DNA of 64,000 nucleotides from the IMG/VR virus record IMGVR_UViG_3300047160_000446, positions 3,037 to 67,036 of that record. One strand, written 5' to 3'. Under the pieces are notes generated by a model that did no database searches, was not told the origin of the DNA, and worked only from the letters and a program-made list of their open reading frames with translations. This stretch comes from a virus. Taxonomy: Duplodnaviria; Caudoviricetes. The position numbers were made by a program, and so were the translations under genes. This document shows, in pieces, positions 58,990 through 64,000 of the stretch. The stretch's first letter is position 1, and every line of letters begins with the position of its first letter.

Positions 58990-59301
58990 ATGAAGTGCGA
59001 TAAAACCGATGACATCGCGTTCGAAGACTTTTTCAAGCGACGCATGCTCATTCGAAGTGTTGATTTGATGTATTTCAATCTTCACGAAGACGAAGTTACC
59101 GAACACAACGACAGGGTTTACAAGTTCCTTAATTCCAGGCGCATCTTAAACGAGGACGATCAAAAGTCTGAAATGGTCGCGATCATTTTGAATGCCGTTG
59201 ATTTGTTCAATAAAGGAAGCAATCATGATGGTTCAGACTTCGTCCGCAGATATGGCCACTATTCTAATATTCGAAACGAACCGGGTAGGAATAGCGGTTA
59301 A
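58990..59301 (+). CDS. hypothetical protein
   Basis: 103-aa ORF. Confidence 0.6.
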   Translation: MKCDKTDDIAFEDFFKRRMLIRSVDLMYFNLHEDEVTEHNDRVYKFLNSRRILNEDDQKSEMVAIILNAVDLFNKGSNHDGSDFVRRYGHYSNIRNEPGRNSG

Positions 59302-59416
59302 ACACAGCGTTCAAGGCGAAACCCATACAATAAAGGCCAACACTCCATGTCTGAACAGTAACGCATGGTTCAAACATAAGTGCGATCAACTTGGCCTAGA
59401 AACTAAGGAAGAATAA
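59225..59416 (+). CDS. hypothetical protein
   Basis: AAGGA upstream; ends 1 bp before next gene. Confidence 0.45.
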   Translation: MMVQTSSADMATILIFETNRVGIAVKHSVQGETHTIKANTPCLNSNAWFKHKCDQLGLETKEE

Positions 59417-59860
59417 ATGTTTAAGTTCATCAAGAATTTGTTTTGTAAAGAAAATCGCTTTCCTTCTTATTCTAAGGCTCAATGGGGAATTGCTGATATC
59501 CCAAAACCTAAAATAGAAAGGATGACGCCGCAAGAAGTCGAAACAGTTGCGCGCCAAGCCCGCTTGTGCAGAAAGCTGGAAAAGCGAGAGGAAGGATACA
59601 GAGAGATTATTTCCTCCATTGAGATGCACGCGAAAATGGGACATCGTGTTTCCGTCAGACTTCTGCATTCTAGTCGCTGGTATGAACTGGAAGATTGCAT
59701 CCTCATAAGGGACAGGTTGATTAAAGAAGGGTGGAATGTTTCTTTATCTGTAAAGCAAGACTGTACAGTGTGGAGTTATGGGGTTAAAATCGACGGCCCT
59801 GGATATGAATTCACAACAACCTTCTTTAAAGAAGAGGTGAAAGAAGATGAAGAACTATAA
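59417..59860 (+). CDS. hypothetical protein
   Basis: 147-aa ORF, AAGGA RBS. Confidence 0.7.
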   Translation: MFKFIKNLFCKENRFPSYSKAQWGIADIPKPKIERMTPQEVETVARQARLCRKLEKREEGYREIISSIEMHAKMGHRVSVRLLHSSRWYELEDCILIRDRLIKEGWNVSLSVKQDCTVWSYGVKIDGPGYEFTTTFFKEEVKEDEEL

Positions 59861-60419
59861 CCGCATGTGCGAACTGGCCGAAGCTTTATTCAAGGGTTTG
59901 GCTGTTGATATCGAACAGAACAAAACACGGTTAATCAGCGAAACCGTGAACTCTTTCCTTCAAAAGCACAAAGAAGAACAAGAAGAAAAGTCCATTGATA
60001 TTTTCGACGTGGAATCCTTTCCTTCTCAAGAAGGTTTCAGGATTCTGAATGTCGTTGTGAATGTGGAAAGGTTTCCTTGGATGGAACCGTTCCTTACAAA
60101 GAAGCTTGGAGAATTCGAAGTTCCGTCATTCATGGACGAAGATCAAATAAACGAATACTTCGAAAAGGCCGTCATGGCTCATTTCAAATCGTCTTTGATG
60201 TGGATTGATCCTGAGAAAAGACCCAAGCCTAAAGAAATTCATCAAGGGTTTGGCGGGCCGGATGGAACGCTTAGCGTAGGCTACACAGCAGATATCGATG
60301 AAAACGGCGTTGCAAGTAATATCGAAATCGTATCTGTTGGTGGCGTTGTGGTGGATCAAGACAAGTCAGTTTTCCCGCCTGGGACTTTGGGCGCGGCAAT
60401 CAAGCAAGACGGGGCATAG
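59847..60419 (+). CDS. hypothetical protein
   Basis: 190-aa ORF, GAGGTG RBS. Confidence 0.75.
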   Translation: MKNYNRMCELAEALFKGLAVDIEQNKTRLISETVNSFLQKHKEEQEEKSIDIFDVESFPSQEGFRILNVVVNVERFPWMEPFLTKKLGEFEVPSFMDEDQINEYFEKAVMAHFKSSLMWIDPEKRPKPKEIHQGFGGPDGTLSVGYTADIDENGVASNIEIVSVGGVVVDQDKSVFPPGTLGAAIKQDGA

Positions 60420-60420
60420 G

Positions 60421-60693
60421 ATGGCGAAGACAAGCGTAAACGTTGAAGCTCTGATTGAGATGATCGGAGAAGAGCCAGCAAGGATTCTTATCAATACCTT
60501 CAGCGGCTCCACAATCTATATTCCGAAGATGTCGAGTCTTACAACTCTTGACAGAAACAAGAAAATCCTTGAACGATTCATCACAGAAAGAAAAAAGTCA
60601 GAAAACAACAAGATAGAAATCATCGATATGCTTGCGAAAGAATTTAAGTTGTCAACGCGCATGATTTGGCGTATCATTGGCAACAGAATTTAA
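60421..60693 (+). CDS. Mor/C-family transcription regulator
   Basis: LIEMIGEE.A..LINTFSGSTIYIPK...RNKKI...LAKEFKLSTRMIWRII. Confidence 0.8.
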   Translation: MAKTSVNVEALIEMIGEEPARILINTFSGSTIYIPKMSSLTTLDRNKKILERFITERKKSENNKIEIIDMLAKEFKLSTRMIWRIIGNRI

Positions 60694-60707
60694 GAAAGGA
60701 AAGAACT

Positions 60708-62159
60708 ATGTCCGCCAAACAAGAACTTGAGAAGGAGGCCGCCGAACTGGCGGTTTCTTTGTCGTCATACGAACAAGCCATCAGCAAGGCAAATCGAAAA
60801 GAATTGAAAGCTGGTCAAAAAGCTGCTATCGATGGCATGGCGTCTTTCATGCTTGACCCTGAACGCAAGACCTTCATCATGTATGGCTATGCAGGATCGG
60901 GCAAGACTACTATTGCGGAAAGAATTGCAGACTTCTCAAAGCCTCTTTATATCTCGTTTACTAACCGGGCTTGCGGAGTTCTCCGTTCGAAGGGCTGTGT
61001 TCCGGCAATCACGATGTCCAGTCTTCTTTACAAGAATTCTGAGGTCTACGACAATCCGGCAGAGGGCGAAATATGGGAAGCTTATTGCGAGTTCCATCAA
61101 GACGAACCGCCGCGTCATGATGTTGAAGAGGCTCGCAATGTAAGCGAATTTCTTAAGATGGAATCTGACGAACTTATCAATGAGTTTGGAAAAGGATTGG
61201 TTCTTAAGAAGCCGTCCGGAACAACTCTATCAATCGAGAAGACGGACGAAGAAGTGAAAGCCTTCCTTTACAAGCTGCATTATGGAAGCGAGCCGCCGAT
61301 GGGGCATAATCCGCCGCATGGCTTTGACGTCATTGTTGTTGACGAATCATCGATGATCGGCAAAAAGACCAAGCCTCAGTTTCAAAAGCTTGTGGATATG
61401 AACTTCAAAATCATCGCCATCGGAGACCCGTTTCAGGTTGAGCCGGTGGACGACGAACCGTTGTTCCCGTCCAGGGAATCGGCGGCGCATGCGCTGCTAA
61501 CAGAGGTTGTCCGTCAAGGGGAACTGTCCGGAATTCTGGAGCTTGCTACATACATCCGCGAAAACATCGGTGTTATTCGCAAGATCAATTCCGATGCCAA
61601 AGACGTCCGTTTTAAGAGCTTCGATAATGTGGACTGGACTGAAGCGGATCAAATCATCGTTTGGAAGAACTCCACACGACAGGAAATCAACAAAGAATAT
61701 CGCGCGGCGATGGGATACCCTCGTGTTCATCCGGTTGAAGGAGAGAAACTTCTTTGCATCCGTAACAATCCGGAACAGAATTATTTCAATGGTGAATTAT
61801 GGTGGATACATGCGATAAACGAGATGACGGAGCGCGACGCTATTCTGTTGCTTCGAAATTATGCGCCTGGAGATGATTCGTTGCACCAGTCACTTCGCAA
61901 AGAAGTCATCGAACGTCAAAGTTTGCATTATCTTTACAAGGACGACGTCAAGAGCTTTTCTAGTTTCGTTTACGGATACGCGATGACGGTTCACAAGGCT
62001 CAAGGTTCCGGATGGCCACACGTTATTGTTGTTGATGAATCGAAGATGTATCAGAACATGCTTGAAAAGTTCGGAAAGCCTGATGCGGATGTGAGCGCGG
62101 CGCGATGGAGATATACCGCTGTGACGCGTGCGGAAAAAGAATTGATCATTGTTAAGTAA
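60708..62159 (+). CDS. Dda/RecD-like SF1B helicase
   Basis: GYAGSGKT, VVDESSMI, GDPFQV, YAMTVHKAQGS, YTAVTRA. Confidence 0.92.
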   Translation: MSAKQELEKEAAELAVSLSSYEQAISKANRKELKAGQKAAIDGMASFMLDPERKTFIMYGYAGSGKTTIAERIADFSKPLYISFTNRACGVLRSKGCVPAITMSSLLYKNSEVYDNPAEGEIWEAYCEFHQDEPPRHDVEEARNVSEFLKMESDELINEFGKGLVLKKPSGTTLSIEKTDEEVKAFLYKLHYGSEPPMGHNPPHGFDVIVVDESSMIGKKTKPQFQKLVDMNFKIIAIGDPFQVEPVDDEPLFPSRESAAHALLTEVVRQGELSGILELATYIRENIGVIRKINSDAKDVRFKSFDNVDWTEADQIIVWKNSTRQEINKEYRAAMGYPRVHPVEGEKLLCIRNNPEQNYFNGELWWIHAINEMTERDAILLLRNYAPGDDSLHQSLRKEVIERQSLHYLYKDDVKSFSSFVYGYAMTVHKAQGSGWPHVIVVDESKMYQNMLEKFGKPDADVSAARWRYTAVTRAEKELIIVK

Positions 62160-62169
62160 AGGAAAGCAA

Positions 62170-62376
62170 ATGATTTATTTTGTATTAGGTCTTTTGTCTG
62201 GGCTATTGCTCGCGTTTGTCCAAGTGTTTCTTTATAAGAAGGTTCTTGTGATGGACTCCAAAGATAAAAGAAGTCAAAAGATTTTAGGAGACTACTACAA
62301 AATCATTCCGGACGGCGAGTTTTATTATTTGACTTATATGGCCAATAAAGCCAAAGTACCAGAAAAGGAAGATTGA
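62170..62376 (+). CDS. small membrane protein
   Basis: N-terminal TM; AAAGGA RBS. Confidence 0.65.
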   Translation: MIYFVLGLLSGLLLAFVQVFLYKKVLVMDSKDKRSQKILGDYYKIIPDGEFYYLTYMANKAKVPEKED

Positions 62377-62377
62377 C

Positions 62378-62620
62378 ATGTCCGTTGAAATCCCGGTAGA
62401 ATTTGACAAAGCAGACGATGAAATTATCGTCCCGATGAACGCGGAATCTCTTGTTCGGTTTTCTATGATAGTTATGGAAGCCTTGGATGCTTGTCCAGTC
62501 AGGCCGATTCCTGCAATGCTAAAAGAAGAACTAATCCATGCCTTTGCCGTTTCATATGTTACTGCTATTAACGAAGCAATCATCGAAGAAGTTCCACAAC
62601 TACAAGGAAATAAGGAATGA
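62378..62620 (+). CDS. hypothetical protein
   Basis: 80-aa ORF. Confidence 0.65.
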   Translation: MSVEIPVEFDKADDEIIVPMNAESLVRFSMIVMEALDACPVRPIPAMLKEELIHAFAVSYVTAINEAIIEEVPQLQGNKE

Positions 62621-62859
62621 AAGAACAGATGCTAAAAGGCTGCCCGTTCTGCGGCGGAAAGAAATGTCTAGAGTTGGATAACGTCGGCTACGACATTCAC
62701 CCGAATTACGCAGTTTGCTGCGACAATTGCGAAACAACAGGGCCGATCAAACCGACAAAGATTCAAGCTATTCGCGCTTGGAATAATCGCCTTGAAGAGA
62801 AACGCATCCAGAAGGCCGCCTTTAACGCTGGTGTTCGGAAAGGTATCAAAAGAGGCTAA
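62617..62859 (+). CDS. Lar-like restriction alleviation protein
   Basis: LKGCPFCGG...VCCDNC...AIRAWNNR. Confidence 0.75.
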   Translation: MKEQMLKGCPFCGGKKCLELDNVGYDIHPNYAVCCDNCETTGPIKPTKIQAIRAWNNRLEEKRIQKAAFNAGVRKGIKRG

Positions 62860-62861
62860 TA

Positions 62862-63290
62862 ATGAAACGTCTAATATCCCTTGTAGCCGCCCTATGCACG
62901 TCGCAAGCATTCGCTCTAGGCGTTGCAGACAAGAACGTAAAACAGGACAACATCTATACAACGATTTGCGCGCATGCTAGCTGGGCGAAGAAGAACCGCG
63001 CGCCGAACAGTTACACGGATCGCATCAAACAGGAACAGTTCAAGGCCAAGAAGTTGAAAGGCCATTACAAGGACTACATTCTTGATCATTGGCTTTCCGT
63101 CAGCTTAGGCGGCGATGTCATGGCGCGCAATAACCTAGTCATCATGACACCGCAAGATGATCGCTTCAAGAACGGACTAGAACGGAGGATCAAGAAACAA
63201 GTCTGCCAGAAGAAGCTAACGCTTGTAGATGCGCAGCAACTGTTTTTGAAGTGTTCTAGTGTTGCGTGTTTGAAACAGATTGAGAAATAA
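62862..63290 (+). CDS. signal-peptide-bearing HNH-like protein
   Basis: MKRLISLVAALCTSQAFA signal; LDHWLSVSLGG...NNL...KNGLERR. Confidence 0.7.
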   Translation: MKRLISLVAALCTSQAFALGVADKNVKQDNIYTTICAHASWAKKNRAPNSYTDRIKQEQFKAKKLKGHYKDYILDHWLSVSLGGDVMARNNLVIMTPQDDRFKNGLERRIKKQVCQKKLTLVDAQQLFLKCSSVACLKQIEK

Positions 63291-63293
63291 ACA

Positions 63294-63320
63294 AAAGCCC
63301 TAGAAATAGGGCTTTACTTT
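63294..63320 (+). terminator. intrinsic terminator ending the early arm
   Basis: AAAGCCCTA-GAAA-TAGGGCTTT then ACTTTT. Confidence 0.85.
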
Positions 63321-63341
63321 TGCCTGCCGTTTTGCGATACT
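63313..63341 (+). promoter_or_regulatory. possible sigma70 promoter
   Basis: TTTACT-17 nt-GATACT with TG extended -10. Confidence 0.45.
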
Positions 63342-63381
63342 AATTACATCAAGAACGAACCACAGAACGGAGAGAACTGAA

Positions 63382-63561
63382 ATGAAAACTAACCGCCTGC
63401 AACGAGTTGTTAATGCCTCTTCCAGCGATATTTGCAGTGAAAACGAATCTACTGCAAAGATTGGTAGTTGGATTCTCGCTTTTGCTAGCATGCGTGCCGT
63501 AACTGCTGATGGTGAAGCGTGTTTATATGAAAGAACGATGGCCGGAATCATCTGGTGCTAA
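63382..63561 (+). CDS. 59-aa hypothetical peptide (below ORF-track cutoff)
   Basis: Read manually as MKTNRLQRVV...AGIIWC; GGAG RBS. Confidence 0.5.
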   Translation: MKTNRLQRVVNASSSDICSENESTAKIGSWILAFASMRAVTADGEACLYERTMAGIIWC

Positions 63562-63582
63562 CCATCAAGGAAAGAATAAAAA

Positions 63583-64000
63583 TTGCCCGGCCATTGAGCC
63601 GGGCGAAATCCCTTATCACCAAAACGATAGGACGCAACGAGAGGAATTACTAGATCGGGTGGGCGCTGTCTGGTTAAGTCTTCGCGAGTGGCGGACGGGC
63701 GGGCCGGCGCTGCGTTTGGCATCCGGTTAGACCTGAGACGCTTGCAGCGCTAGGGCGACGCAAAGAGGCTTAATTTTCCAAACAGCGCCCATAGAGGGCA
63801 GAAGCAGAATCGTATTTTGCAGACCCGAATCAGCAAGACGAAAGGAACGATTCGCTTCTGTTAGGTTCGATTCAATAGCGCGCCGTAAAATCCGCATAAG
63901 AAATTAAAAACAACGCTACCGAATCGAAGAGGTCGGAATCCCGACAAGGCGGCTGTGCCCTTAGCGTAAAACGCTGAGTTCGGAACTCCTAAACTGAAGA
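63583..64000 (+). ncRNA. candidate large structured non-coding RNA, 3'-truncated by window edge
   Basis: No credible ORF; at least 8 complementary helices, several nested (see findings); G-U pairs favour the + strand. Confidence 0.55.

Noticed and set aside
63509-63730. 73-aa ORF from the track overlapping the structured region
   Set aside because: GTG start inside the better-supported 59-aa ORF, no RBS, and it runs through GC-rich stems.
63855-63880. tRNA suggested by GGTTCGATTC
   Set aside because: No acceptor stem, D arm, anticodon arm or CCA around it; kept only as a T-loop-like element of the larger structure.
63995-64000. Window ends in TGAAGA and begins with TGAAGA, hinting at circular closure
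   Set aside because: Six bases is within chance. Joining them puts an in-frame TAA (63990-92) just upstream of the polymerase frame, and the missing N-terminal DnaE region is not encoded at the right end.
63583-64000. Group I/II intron or hammerhead ribozyme (CTGAAGA at the edge)
   Set aside because: No recognisable P7 R/S elements or group II domain V, no interrupted gene, and the rest of a hammerhead core would lie outside the window. Cannot be fully excluded without the downstream sequence.
1-64000. Prophage or temperate lifestyle
   Set aside because: No integrase, repressor-like divergent switch, att-like repeats or host genes seen in the window.

Overview
The window is most of the genome of a lytic, contractile-tailed dsDNA phage organised like the PB1/F8/BcepF1 (Pbunavirus-type) myophages. 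A Gram-negative host is inferred from an Rz/Rz1 spanin pair and sigma70-type promoters. Layout: (i) 1-11.7 kb, + strand: replication and metabolism genes (DnaE-type polymerase cut by the left edge, nuclease, SNF2 helicase, MazG-like enzyme, ATP-dependent ligase); (ii) 11.7-48.8 kb, - strand: lysis, tail, head and packaging genes, interrupted by a 3-gene + strand island at 37.6-38.9 kb; (iii) a repeat array at 48.9-49.2 kb (probable origin) next to VirE-like helicase and RepB-like primase genes; (iv) 52.6-63.6 kb, + strand: many small early genes plus spanins, a Mor-like regulator and a Dda-like helicase; (v) an ORF-free, heavily base-paired segment from about 63.58 kb to the right edge. I found no integrase, tRNA, CRISPR array or reverse transcriptase. 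Strongest leads: a 1057-aa portal protein fused to a pyrophosphatase-like domain and an R-S-E ADP-ribosyltransferase; a candidate large structured ncRNA (>400 nt, cut by the window edge); a separately transcribed Gly/Gln-rich gene with two in-frame starts; and accessory fibre-like genes in the head module that share an N-terminal module. All protein-family assignments are motif recognition by eye, not database results.
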